A stretch of 63,998 nucleotides of DNA, filler included, from Anaeromyces robustus (lineage: Eukaryota): assembly GCA_002104895.1 (NCBI GenBank). It is 3 parts of 3 records of this genome, joined end to end, with 100 filler letters (N's around TTAATTAATTAA, not from the genome) between each part and the next. Parts side by side here need not be neighbours in the genome. Positions count along the whole stretch, not along the records: positions 24,963 to 49,512 come from MCFG01000601.1; positions 49,613 to 63,998 come from MCFG01000694.1; 1 more part is not named here. The stretch is one strand, 5' to 3'. Within the stretch, counting starts at the first letter, position 1, and every line of letters starts with the position of its first letter. This document shows positions 38,203-51,470 of the stretch, piece by piece. Made by a program: the position numbers and the translations under genes. The notes below the pieces were generated by a model, which was not told the origin of the DNA, did not search any database, and saw only the letters and a list, made by a program, of their open reading frames with translations.

Positions 38203-39600
38203 TCATCGATATAAGCGAAGGCGAATACATCAAGATAATCGCTAAGAACATCATTAATAAAGTGTTGGAAAGTGGCGGGGGCGTTCTTCAAACCAAAAGG
38301 CATAACGAGGTATTCAAAATGACCGAATCTAGTATTAAAAGCTGTTTTAAATTCATCGCCTTCCCTGATGCGAACAAGATTATATGCGGACCGCAGATCG
38401 AGTTTGGTAAAGTACTTAGCACCTCTAACTTTTTCTAAAAGGTCGTTGATGAGAGGGAGAGGGTAGGAATTCCGAATAGTGATATCGTTAAGCTTTCTGT
38501 AATCAATACATAATCGAAGTGTGCCATCTTTTTTTCGAACAAAGAGAATAGAAGCACCGGCAGGGGAAATTGATTTACGAATGAAATTCTTTTCTAGGTT
38601 TTCTCTAATGTAGTCACGGAGTGCTTGAGTTTCCTCAACTGTTAAAGGATATATAGGACCATAAGGTAGAGAAGAGTCGGGTTTTAAGTCGATTCTACAA
38701 TCGTAAGGCCGATGAGGAGGAAGTTCATTAGCACCATTTTCGGAGAATACATCAAGTAGATCCAAATAAACATCAGGAAGGGATTGATTTGCTTTAGGTT
38801 CATTGACAGAAGGACAAGATACATAAATAGCGAATTTCATGGTGAAGTTTCTAGGAGGAACATTACGGGGTGGGGAATTAGTCGATGTATCATCATTATT
38901 TTCATGAGTTTCATTAAAATTTTGAGGATTAATATTTGAAGAAATAGACGAAGATGATTGATCAATGTGAGATGATGTAGATACTGTAGCATTACTTGGG
39001 ATTTCAATATTAGACGAAACACAGGAATTAGAACACGAATTACTATACTTTTTATTTTCATTTTTATTATTAACTTTATTATCTTTATTAAAATCATGTT
39101 GTACTACATTTATTACATCCTTTTGTTTAAAATACAAAGTTTCACAGTCGAAATCAATGACAGCTCCGTTTGATTTGAGCCAAGGAGTACCAATAATAGG
39201 GGGAAGAGAGTCGTCATCTGTTACTATAAATTGTATAGAGAACGAGTCATCCTTGTAAAGAATCTGGAGAGGTTTAGTAATACCTATGATATTGGAAGTT
39301 TTTCCACCACAATCAACTGTTCCAGAGACTTCAGAACTAGACAGAGGGATAGAATATTTATTAACAAAGGAATTAGAAATAGTATTTTCTATAGCCCCTG
39401 AATCGACCAAAATGGATGTGGAAACTAAGTCATCATTATCAAAAGAAAGAGTGAAAGGAAAAACTAGGTAGTTACTATTTGGGTAGAAGGGGTTGTTTAC
39501 AAAGGATTTAGGACTATTATTGGTAGAAGTCTTAGCTTCAAAAGGGTGTATACTAGAGTGAGATTTAGGCTCAGAATCTACTCTAGAAGTTAGTTTTTTG
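38203..39600 (-). pseudogene. Gypsy B pol (protease plus N-terminal RT), interrupted at YIDD
   Basis: [41 protein letters not shown]. Frame is -1 relative to gag and open back to the gag stop. Confidence 0.9.
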
Positions 39601-40402
39601 GAACTTTTGGGCAGGTAGCAACCATATGGCCTTCAACACCACAATACATGCAAAGTCCTTTAGCACGTCTTTGTTGTTTTTCTTCTGGAGTTAAAGGTCC
39701 ACGTTTTTTGCGTTCGTTCGAGGTCTTACGGGAAAAAGGATTGGTATCTTCTTCTCTCATCTTTCGCACAAATGGATTATATAAGGAAGCACCCTGATAA
39801 CCTTTGGAAACTTGATACTTTTTAAGTAAGTTTGAATCAATTATCATAGCCCTATGGAAAGCAGAAAGAAGAGTAGGAATACTATCTCCACGCATTAGTA
39901 ATTCGCATTTGACTTCTTCGTGAAGCCCATCTATAAACTTAGCTACTAATGCAGATTGATTCCATCCAAGGTGTACAGCGGCTTGTTCAAAGTCCTTAAT
40001 ATATTGGCTGACTTCACCGATACGTTCTTGCTTGAGGGCCATAATGATTTGAGTACTATTGAAAACGATGTCTATATTCCCAAACACTCTCCTCATTAAC
40101 GAAACAAAGGCATCGTAGTTGTTTAGAACAGGATTACCAGCTTGGATCAGGTGTGCTACAAAGAGTTTAGCATCACCTTCCATGAAGGAGAACATATAGG
40201 CAACCTTGTACAAGTCGTTTCGGAATAACAAGCTTTTCATGCGAAAATTGATTTCGCAATGCTGGATAAAACCTTCGAGGTCTAAACTGTTTCCAGAAAA
40301 CTTGGGCGGCTTTCCAAGGGGGAACATGAAATCTAACATGGCAGCATCGGCGGCAGATTGCTGAGAGGAGGCGGCGGCAGCGTGAAAAGGGTTGTATGAC
40401 AT
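39590..40402 (-). CDS. Gypsy B Gag
   Basis: PPKFSG, retrotransposon capsid region, [14 protein letters not shown] knuckle; ends A AAA AAC TAA. Confidence 0.9.
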   Translation of the reverse strand: MSYNPFHAAAASSQQSAADAAMLDFMFPLGKPPKFSGNSLDLEGFIQHCEINFRMKSLLFRNDLYKVAYMFSFMEGDAKLFVAHLIQAGNPVLNNYDAFVSLMRRVFGNIDIVFNSTQIIMALKQERIGEVSQYIKDFEQAAVHLGWNQSALVAKFIDGLHEEVKCELLMRGDSIPTLLSAFHRAMIIDSNLLKKYQVSKGYQGASLYNPFVRKMREEDTNPFSRKTSNERKKRGPLTPEEKQQRRAKGLCMYCGVEGHMVATCPKVPKN

Positions 40403-40498
40403 ATTAAAAATGTTTTATTAGAAAATAGTTTTATTAATCAGAAAAAATTAAAAAAAAATTGTGTTAAGGTAAGTCTATTTTTCAATGAGAATTAGTAT

Positions 40499-40938
40499 TG
40501 TAACAACGCTAACGACTTAGGTTAACACAATACTAATTATACTTTTTATGTTATAAGATTAATGAGTTTTAATAACAATTTTATTTATTATTAATATTTA
40601 TTTTAACCTTAATACTAATTCTAGAGATTAATTTTACATGAAATTACAAGAATATATATTTATAAGTTAGAAATATACATAAACAATACTTTATGAGTGA
40701 AATTCACTCATAACGATTGGTTGATTTCATGGTTTGTGAAGAAAAAGAGTGGAAGAGTTATGGATCAAAATATAACTATTTATTAGTTATATTTTGATCC
40801 ATAACTGAGGGTGATACCCGGAGTCGAACTCATGACAGGTAGGTCAGAGTCCAACAACCTGACGACTACGTCAGTCGGGGAACCCCCGGTAGGAATAACT
40901 CTTTCAATGTATTTAGCTAATAGTAATACATTGTTACA
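40499..40938 (-). repeat. 5' LTR of Gypsy B (440 bp)
   Basis: TGTAAC start interrupts the Copia RT at SPTLNSD; ends GTTACA; followed by a self-complementary PBS. Its partner LTR is absent. Confidence 0.82.
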
Positions 40939-43911
40939 GTCAGAATTAAGGGTAGGTGAATAGGTTAGGTCAAAGTCGATTCCGAATTCTTGTGTAAATC
41001 CCCTAGCAACGAGTCTAGCCTTGAACTTAACGATTTGGTTATTTTCATCTCTTTTAATGGAAAATACCCATTTTGTTGAAATAATTTTCCTTCCCTTTGG
41101 AATTTTTCTGACAAAAGTCACTACATTGTTGTTGTATAAATTATCTAATTCGTCTGATATGGATTTGATCCATTTTTCGCTATTTTCGCTGTTAATAGCC
41201 TGTTTAAAGCTGAATGGGATATCAGATGAGATTGAGTTAATATAGTGAAAAGAAGAATTTTGAATAATTGAATAAATTTTATTATTATCAGTTTGATTAT
41301 CTAAATTATTATCTTTATTTGGGATTTCTTTGTTGTTTGTTTGATTTCTTGGTTCAGTGTTGATTGGATTTGAATCGAAACAGTTATTTTTAATTATATT
41401 TGAATCAATATTGTGATGGTCATTTTCGTATTTAAATGAGTATTCTCCGGGAGTATTTTCAAGAAATTTTGCCTCTCTAACTAGGTGAAGATTTTGGTTA
41501 TTGATATCCATAATAATATAGCAATCTGTATTGAATTGAATACCCAAGAAAATCCCTTCTGCAGAATTGATATCGAATTTTGATTTTTTATTTTGGATGT
41601 TATTATAAAATGATTTACAACCGAAAACTTTGATTTTAGATAGATCGACTTTTTTGTTATAAAATATCTCGTTCGGAATTAGGTTTGATATGCTACTTCT
41701 GGGAGTAATATTGTATAGATGGTTGGCATAGATAATAGCGAAAGACCAGAAGTCTAAACTGAGTTTTGCCCAATATAACAGTGTCTTGACGGAGTTGACT
41801 ATTGTCTGGTTGAATCTTTCGGCTATCCCATTATTTTCTGGATTGTAGGGTGGAGAGAATATTTTCTTGATCCCATTTCTCCTACAATACTTCTTGATTT
41901 TTGAGTTGTTGAACTCTCTACCATTGTCGCTTTTGAAAAATTTCACTTTATTGTTGTAGTGGTTATCTAAGTACTTGAGAAAATATAAAATAGTATTAGT
42001 GGCTTCTGATTTTTCCTTTAATAAAAAGACCCATGATTTTCTGCTAAACTCATCAATAAATGTAATGATATATTTCATTCCATCTATTGAGGCTGGTTTA
42101 ATTGGTCCCATGATATCTGAGTGAATGGTTTCTAGGACTCTAGATGCCTTCGGGGTGGTTTTGTTATGTGGATGTCTCTTCATTTTGGAAATATCACATT
42201 CCTTGCAATTTGTTTCTTTATCTTCATGTAATTCTAGGTAATTATTGATATCCTTAAAATAGAAATGTCCTAATCGGTTGTGCCAGATCTTTAGGTTGTC
42301 ACCGGTCTCTGTAGAATTAATGTTGGAGTTTGAACTAGTGAGTTTTATTCTGGCTATATTGTAATTGTCTGGTACAATTTGGGCAATGATGGTGTTATTT
42401 TCATTGGTTAAATTTAGGTAAGTCTTATTGTTGACACTTTTAATATTTGAAAATATGCCCATTTTTGCCAGTTTAATACCGCTGATTAAGTTTTTATTAA
42501 TGTCCTTTGAGTAGAGGACTTTATCCAGGACTATCTCGTAACCGTTAATTTTCCCACGAAATGTACCATAACCTTCAAAGACGCAGGTAGAATTGTTGGC
42601 ACAACTCATAGTGATTTTTTTTTCCTTAAAATTTTCTAAAAGGCCCCTCTCGTTGGTGATATGTTCACTTGCACCAGTATCGAAGGTCCAGGTTGACTCA
42701 TTTTGGTCACGTGATATTTTAGAAAATAAATTTGACAAAACTTCTTCGTTTTGATCGGGAGACACGTTTTCTACTGGTTTGGAACCATCTTCAAAATTCA
42801 CGTGATAATTTTTTGATTGGTTATCGTTAATGTCTACAGTACATAAATCTATGTTGTGTTCATCTTCTTTATTTTGGTCATGTGATCCATACTCAATATT
42901 TCCAATGGGTTCTCCAAACATTTCTTTTATTTCTTCATAACAAGGCGTGAATTCTCTTCTGTTGCTTGGTTCAATGTTGTATGTTCCACGTTTGTAGTGG
43001 TTTGTTTCCTTCTTATTGTCGTTTTTATGTTTCTTGTAGTGGTTGCTAAATTTTGAACGGTGATTAGGTCTGTTGGTTCCGCGTGGATTAAAGTAACAAT
43101 CCTTTGCAATATGGCCTTTATTAAAACAGATAATGCAGTATTTGTCGTTTTTATTTAAATTCCTATCATTTGTTTGTTTTTTGTTTTTACCGGTTTCCAC
43201 GTTGTCTATGTCCATTGGGTCATAGCAATCCTTGAAATCCGGAGTGTTTGTATTTTGGCTATAATTTGAAGAGGAAGGTCTTCTGCTTCGGATTTGGTTA
43301 GTTCCTCTGTCAAACTTGTACATATAAATCATGTATTTATTTTTAATTTCTTTATAAAAATCTTCCACAGTTAATTCTGAGCTGAAATTAACCCTTTGTT
43401 GTAATGATGCTGGTAAAGCATCATACATGATACTTAATTTCTCCATATCGGAAGGGTTCATCAAGGAATTGCTCAGAAGTCGAAAAAGTTCTTTGATTTC
43501 ATTGATCACATCCATTGTTTCTTGGATGTGTTTTGCGCGGATGCTATATAATCTGTTCATCCACATACCATGAAAGGCAGATTCGTCTCTTTGGTAAAGA
43601 GCCTTAAGTTTATCCATTTTACTTTTAGCACATGGGCAGTCTTTAATGTACATCTTTACCATGTCAGAGACATTTGAGAATATGACAGTACATGCGGCGG
43701 CGTCGTTTGCGATAGTATCTTGGTTTCTTGCAACTTCTTCCTTGGTTAGTTTACTACCCCTTTCCGGAGTGATCATTAGCTCATTTAATTCATATTTAAT
43801 ATACTTATGAAGTTTTTTGGACTTAAGATAGTCTTCAATAGTAGCAAACCATATTGGAAAGTTGGTGGCTCCTTGTAACTTTTCTTTTTCAGAAAGACGA
43901 AATTCGAACAT
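40939..43911 (-). pseudogene. Ty1/Copia Gag-PR-IN-RT polyprotein, interrupted in RT
   Basis: CIICFNKGHIAKDC, WTFDTGASEH, WHNRLGH..C..C, HSDIMGP, SDNGREF, NGIAER, KARLVARGFTQ; integrase precedes RT. Confidence 0.93.
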
Positions 43912-43971
43912 GTCAATTGTTTTAAAGTGATTACTAGTAATTTGAAAATGCTCAGAATGAGACTCTTAATC

Positions 43972-44169
43972 TGTTATGTTTTATTAAAAGTTTATTTATT
44001 AAAAATAATAAAAAGGTAATTACAATGAATAAAATGTATCAAGCCATAAAGTATTTATACAAAAATTTGTGGCTAATATGTATTATTAATATACATTTAC
44101 ATGAATATTCTTAGAATGTAAATTACTAATGTATTACTAATTAAAAATAAACTATTACTAATGTTAACA
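43972..44169 (-). repeat. Probable 5' LTR of the Copia element (~198 bp)
   Basis: TGTT...AACA termini, adjacent PBS-like sequence at 43957-43972, flanked by a (TTTA)n microsatellite. Confidence 0.7.
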
Positions 44170-44171
44170 AT

Positions 44172-44218
<47 letters not shown>

Positions 44219-44440
44219 TATATTTATTTATTTATTTTTTAATGGAAACAAAAAAAAAAATTAAGAATAATTGTTTTACGATTAATAAAAAAAAAAAAAG
44301 AAAGAAAAAGAAAGAGAAAAAGAAAAAAATTTATTTTAAAAAAAATAATATTAAGATATTTATATATATATTATTTTTGTCTTTTTCTTTTTTTATTTTG
44401 TTATTTTTTATTTGTAATGTTAAAATGAATGCATATTTTG

Positions 44441-44475
<35 letters not shown>

Positions 44476-47400
44476 AAGAAAGAAAGGATGCCTATTTTAA
44501 AATAATTTTTTTAAAAAAAAAAAAAAAACCAATAAAGTTTATATTATCGTTTATAATTTGTTGATGAAAGATATTTAATACAATACATAAAAAAAAAGAA
44601 AAAATGATAATTATAATTATATATAATTATAAATTAATATAAATAATATAAATATAAATATAAATATAATAAATATAGATAAAAAAAATACTTTGAATAG
44701 TAAAAAAATATATATATTATCATTATTTTTTTTTATTTATTTTTATTTATGGTTAAATAAAGTGATTTTTTTTATACTATACATGTATATATATATATAT
44801 ATATATTCATTATAATAATAAATATAAAAAGAAAATTTAAAAAAGAAAAAAAAATTAAATATATATATATATATATAGAATATTTTAATATACACTTTTA
44901 TACCATTTTATAAAAAAACAATTGAATGAAAAAAAATAAAAATAAGAATAAGAATAAAATGAAAACTATTTTTATTTTTATTATTATTATTTATTATTAA
45001 ATAATATTAATATTTTCTAAAATTTTGTCATAATTATATATATATATATTATTATTATTATTATTACTATTATTATAGGTAATTTTTTTTTTTTTTTACT
45101 TTTTAAAAAAGTTCAAGTCTATTATATTTCGTTAATTAAATAAAAATAAATTATAAAAAAAAAAAGATAAATAGTCTCTCAATATAACATATATAATTGT
45201 TTATATTGTTAAATAAAAAAAAAAAGATAAAATATAAAAATCCTATTTTGAAGAAGAAGAAGAAGAAGAAGAAAGAAAATTAAAAAATTTTAAAAGTTCT
45301 ATAAATAATTTTTAAATATAATTTTTTCTTTTATTATTATTCTTTACTTTTTGTTTTTTTTTTTTTTTTTCATTTTTTCATTTTTTTTATTTGAAGAAAA
45401 ATGTTTAAAAAAAATTTTATAAATATTATTTTTTGATAGATATAATTTTTTCTTTATTTTTCTTTTATTATTATTTTTTTTATTTTTTTTATTTCGTTTT
45501 TTTTTTTTATTTATTTATTTTAATTCTAAATTTATGAATGAGTTTTCCTATATTTATAGAATATATATATTTTCCAACAACAATATAATAATTAACTTTT
45601 TTGTTATCTATCATTAAATATATATATGAAGGCAAGGGTTAGAAAGAGAAAATAAAAAATAATAAAAAAAAAATTTTTTTTTTTTTATATTGATTACTTT
45701 AACAGATATTATTTATTGAATAATTTTTTTTTATGTTATTTTATACTATTATGTTGATTAAAAAAAAAATAATACTAATAATACTAATACTAATAATAAT
45801 AAATACTAATAATTATTATTATTATTAGTATTTATTATTAATTGATTTGCTTTTCCATGATAATACTACTGAAATAAAGGATTTCATATATACATATATA
45901 TACGTTTTTCATATGAAATAATTTTAATTATTTTGTAATATAGTTTATTTTTTTATTTGATTTTTTATATTTTTTTTTTTTTTTGGTTATTTTTAATTAA
46001 TATTATTAAATGAATTATATTATAACCATTAAATATTCAAAAAATTAGTTATATATTAATATTAATCTTTTATCAATATATAAAAAAAAATAGTTTATAT
46101 TGATTCTTTACGATGTATATATATAATATAAAAGAATTGTATTATTTTTTTTCTTTTTAACTTTGTATTTTATAAAGGTAGTTTTAAAATTATATTATAG
46201 TATAAATTAATAATTATATTTATATATATATATATATATATTTTTTTTTCTATTTTTTTTTTTTTAATTTTAAATAATTTTTATCGAATCCCATTTATGT
46301 ATGTATGGATTTTTATTTTTAATTAAATAAATAAATATAAAAAAAAATTACAGGATAAACATTGCATTAATTAATAATAATAAAAGTTAAAATAATTACA
46401 TAAAAAAAAAAAAAAGATAGAAAGATAGAGAGAGAAAAAGAAAAAGATAGAGAGAGATAATAAAATTTAAATTATAATGATTTTTTTAAAACATTCTTAA
46501 CCTATTTTTTTTTTTATTTTTCTTTTTAATTTAAAAAAAAAAAAAAAATATTTTTATCTTGATATTTTAATATTTTATTTATATTTATTATTTATTTATT
46601 TTTTTTTCATTCTCAAAGAAAATTTTTTTAAACCCATATTAATTTCTGCAGCAACAGTATAATAAAAAAAATTTGAAATATAAAAAATTAAAAAAATTAA
46701 AAAAATTGAATATGAATGTTAGTTGAGAAAAAGAAAATTAATAAATTAATTAATGAATTAATGAATTATTTAATGAATGAATAATGTTAAGTAAATAAAA
46801 ATAATATTTGGAATATTGGAGAAAAAATGAAAAAAAGAGAAAAAATGAAAAAAAGAGAAAAAATGAAAAAAAAAGAGAAAAAATGAAAAAATGACAATGA
46901 AAAATAAAAAATAATTATAAAAAATTAAATTATTAATAAAATAAATAAATAAAAAATTCTGTAATTAACGGAATAAATAAATAATTAAATAAATAATTAA
47001 ATAAATAATATATTATAATACATTATAATATATAAATATTATATTTTATATCTAATAAACTTTATATATATTTTATATATATTTTATATATAATTTATAA
47101 TATAATTTAAATATAATTATAATAAATAAAAATTATTCCGGATAATTTATTCTCATTTAATTTGATTTAAATTTATGATTTATTCCGGGAATAAAAAATT
47201 TTTAAATTTTAATAATTATTATTAATAATTATTAATTATTATATAAAAAAAATATTTTGATTTATTTTAGATGAGATTAAACTATTAATAAAAATTATAA
47301 TTTATTATAATATATTGTAATATATGGATAAAGTATTAAAAAATAAAAAATAAAATTTTTGATATAAAAAAAAAAATAATAAAAAATAATTCAAAATTCA

Positions 47401-48093
47401 AAATTTAAAATGGGTAAAAAATAAAAAATAAAAATAAAAGTAATTTTTAATAAACTTTTTTTTTTTTTTTTAAAAAAAATATTAAAAGAGAAAGAGAGAA
47501 AAGAAAAAGAAAAGAAAAAGTTCTTATATATACTTACATATAAAATTATAATGATAATCTTTTTTTTTTATATTTATTATTTATTTATATATTTATATTT
47601 ATAATATTTATATTTTATCATTTCTTATTAAATATCTTTTTATTTATTTTTATTTTTTTTTTATTTTATATTGTAATTTTTTTTTTTAAAATTTAAAAGA
47701 AAGTAATTAATTATTTAATAATGAAAAATAATTAATAAAAATAAAAGTCTTTTTATGTTAGTTTTATTTTTCATTTTAATTATTATTTAAAAATAATTAA
47801 AATGAAAAAGAAGAATAACAAAAAGTTTTTTTATTTTAATACTTTTAATATTACTTTTCTCATTCCACATTTGAAAATAATAAAATTAAATTAAATTCAA
47901 CTTTTTTTTTTATCATTCAATATTATTCAATATTATTAATTAACTATTATTTATTATTATTATTATAATTATCAATGTTGTTATTATCAATGTTATTTAT
48001 TTATTATTATATAAATCCTTTTCTTTTTTTACCTTTTTATTATTTATTTATTATTATTTATTCATTAATTATTATTTATTATTTATTATTAAG

Positions 48094-48140
<47 letters not shown>

Positions 48141-48411
48141 ATTATTAATTATTTTCTCCCTTTTTTTATTGGGATAAATTAATGAAAAAAATGAAAAATA
48201 AAAAAAAAATGGATAATTTTTATTTTCATTATCATTATCATTCTATTAATAATAATATTAATAATAATAAAAAATTAATAATAATAATCATAATATTGAT
48301 AATAATAATAATATTAATATTATTATTACTATTAATGTTGATATTAATAATAACAATAACAATAGACGGACAAAGAAATTAACAAACACCCTAAGTAATT
48401 TTATTTTTTTT

Positions 48412-48451
<40 letters not shown>

Positions 48452-49512
48452 TTCATTCCTTCATGGATTTAAAAATACCTAACCCTTATAGACATCATCA
48501 TAAAAAGAAAAAAAAATTTTTTTTTTTAAGAAAAAGTGATAAAAACGAAAAAAAAAAAAAAAAAAAAAAAAAAACCCAAAAGCATGTGGTTTTTTTTTTC
48601 GTTTTTATCACTTTTTTTTTTTTTAAAAAAAAAAATTTAAATTAAATTAAATTAAATTAAATTAACAAATAATAATTAAGAATTACAAAAAAATAATTAA
48701 AAATTACAAATTACAAAATAATAATTACAAATTAAATTAAAAAAAGAAAAAACAAAGGCATAAAAATTTTATTACTTTTTTTGAAAGTGAAAAACAAAAA
48801 AATTCATTCATTAATTAATTAATTTATTCATTAATTAATCAATTCATTTAGAATAGAATAATTTATAATAAAATAAATAAATAAATAAATAGAACAAATA
48901 GAATTAAAAGAATTAAATAGTTAATTATATTATGTATATATTAGGAATATATTATTTATATATTATAACTTTTTTAATTATTTAATTATTTTAATTTTTA
49001 TAAAAAAGAAAAATTCTTTTGACTTACTTAGACATATATTACAATATTACAAGTGTAATAATACAACAACAACATACCCAAAATATATTTCATATTTAAT
49101 ATTTCTTTTCTATATTTAAATATAAAGAGGTTCATACAATGTTTTTAAATAAACATATTTAATAACACTTTTGATTGCCACAGTAAACTAAACTAAACTA
49201 TTTTATTAATGATATATGATACTGTTATTTATTTATTTATTTATTTAAATACATTCCTATTCTTTCTCTTTTCTATTTTCTCTCTTTTTTTAATACATAT
49301 TATTAAAAATATTAAAAATAGAATATGAAATAAAATAATTAAATAAAATAATATCAATTTATTCATTTTTTCTTTTTTCTTTTTTTGTTTTTTGTTTAAA
49401 TTTAAACATTTTAATAATTAAATAATTAAATAATTAAATAATTAAATAATTAATAATTAATTTAATATTTTTAATATTATGAATTGTATTCTTTTTCCCT
49501 TTTTTTTCTTTC

Positions 49513-49612
49513 NNNNNNNNNNNNNNNNNNNNNNNNNNNNNNNNNNNNNNNNNNNNTTAATTAATTAANNNNNNNNNNNNNNNNNNNNNNNNNNNNNNNN
49601 NNNNNNNNNNNN
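49513..49612. other. Assembly gap / contig linker
   Basis: N runs flanking TTAATTAATTAA. Confidence 0.97.
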
Positions 49613-50080
49613 ATGTAGCTTTTTCCCAGAGCTTCTTATTAAAGTTAGTTTGAACACAGTGTAATGAATGTGATGTAAAGTAGATTTTGTGAGATATGTT
49701 CATTTTTGATCATGAAATATTTTTATTGTGGGTTAAAGGTTTTATATATTAAATTGGGGGTATTTCATTTAATATATAAAATAGGATACCTATTAAGAAA
49801 TGTAAATTTTTGTTTTTAACTTGGTGAAATGGGGTCACATCCATTAAATTAATTTAGTCTCGTAACCCTTAATAATATTTTAACTAAAAATTACTTCAAA
49901 ATTAAATAATAAAAAGCTAGTAAAAATTAATATTTTGAAAATTCATTCAATTTAAATTTTAATGTTACATATAAAAATATTTTTAAATATTATAATCTAC
50001 TTATTTTCTCGACATTTTTCCAGCATTGTTATTTTATATTTATATTTTAGGTCTAAGTGTAAACTTAAGCCAACAAGCAA

Positions 50081-50152
50081 GGAGGGTTGGCGCAACGGTA
50101 GCGCGTCCGCCTCCAGAGCGGAAGGTTGGGCGTTCGAATCGCTCACTCTCCA
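50081..50152 (+). tRNA. tRNA-Trp (CCA)
   Basis: Cloverleaf; anticodon arm TCCGC-CTCCAGA-GCGGA; T-loop TTCGAAT; T-run downstream. Confidence 0.95.
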
Positions 50153-50259
50153 TAAATCCTTGTCTTTTTTCTTTTTTTTATTATTAAATTATTAGTTTTA
50201 AATAGTATCATTAGAAATTAATTTGTTCTTTAAAACACCTAAAGAAAAGAAAAGAAAAG

Positions 50260-50303
<44 letters not shown>

Positions 50304-50339
50304 ATTTTATTATTAGAAACACAATTCAAATATTAGAAT

Positions 50340-50715
50340 AATAATAATAATTTGACTAATATTATGTATTAATAATAGTTAAGAAATAATTTAACTAACA
50401 TTAAAATTAAAGTAATAATAATATTTAACTAACATTAAAATTAAAGTAATAATAATATTTAACTAATATTATGTATTAAAAATAGTTAAGAAATAATTTA
50501 ACTAACATTAAAAATTGAAATAATAATAATAATTTGACTAATATTATGTATTAAAAATAGTTAAGAAATAATTTAACTAACATTAAAAATTGAAATAATA
50601 ATAATAATTTGACTAATATTATGTATTAAAAATAGTTAAGAAATAATTTAACTAACATTAAAAATTGAAATAATAATAATAATTTGACTAATATTATGTA
50701 TTAATAATAGTTAAA
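50340..50715. repeat. 75-bp AT-rich minisatellite
   Basis: aatttgacta recurs at 50531, 50606 and 50681. Confidence 0.85.
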
Positions 50716-50959
50716 AAAAATTTAAAAGGAAATATTTATATGCATTTATATTTTTTTTTAAAGTTAAATTATTTACAATTTAAATATAAAATAATAATTA
50801 TTTACAATAATAAAAGTAATGATAAAATAATTAAAAAATTAGTAATAAAAATAATTAAATTTTTAATGATTTAAAAAAAAATAATGATATGATATATAAA
50901 ATATCTAAATATTTTAACTGTAGCTTTATATTATATATAAATAAATTTAATTATAAATA

Positions 50960-51470
50960 TTTAATAAATTATTTTGACCAAATAGGTCAACACAAGATTA
51001 AGTAATTAGAATAAAAAAATGGTTTATTAGGAATTGGTTTTTATAAGATTTTTATTAAAATTAAAAGTTAAAAAAAAGTATTAATCAATTGTTGTAATAT
51101 TCTAAATTACTTATGAATTAATTAATGAAGTCGCGAAGAAAAATATCTTCTTAATAAAATTTTACGGAGGAAAAATAGTTTCTTTTGTAAAAAGTTATTA
51201 AGATTACTAGAAACTTATATTAATTTTCTTTTCTTTTCTTTTTTTTTTCGATAAGATTCATTTTAAATCAAAAAAATCTAAGATTTTCTAAAGGTTTCTG
51301 ATTTTATTCTATTAATTTCTATAATAAAATACAGAAATAAAATATAGAAATAAAATACAAAAATTTATAATAAATACTTTTTTAAAAATAAAAATGTTTT
51401 ATAAAAGTAGAAAAAATGTGAGTCAAACCTAGATGGTTCAACCTGATGATCGTAGTGACTAACCACTAGT
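50960..51470 (-). mobile_element. Degenerate solo LTR of the A/C family
   Basis: Colinear with 25650-26140 (aggtc..caca, tcgcgaagaa, aaaatacagaaat repeats, gtgagtc..gtgactaaccactag). Confidence 0.75.

Noticed and set aside
40783..40938. C-terminal extension of the Copia ORF (also tails at 38160-38202 and 31793-31808)
   Set aside because: Read-through into inserted LTRs, not genuine coding sequence.
44161..49512. Short ORFs in the AT desert
   Set aside because: Microsatellite and homopolymer translations; no exon signal.
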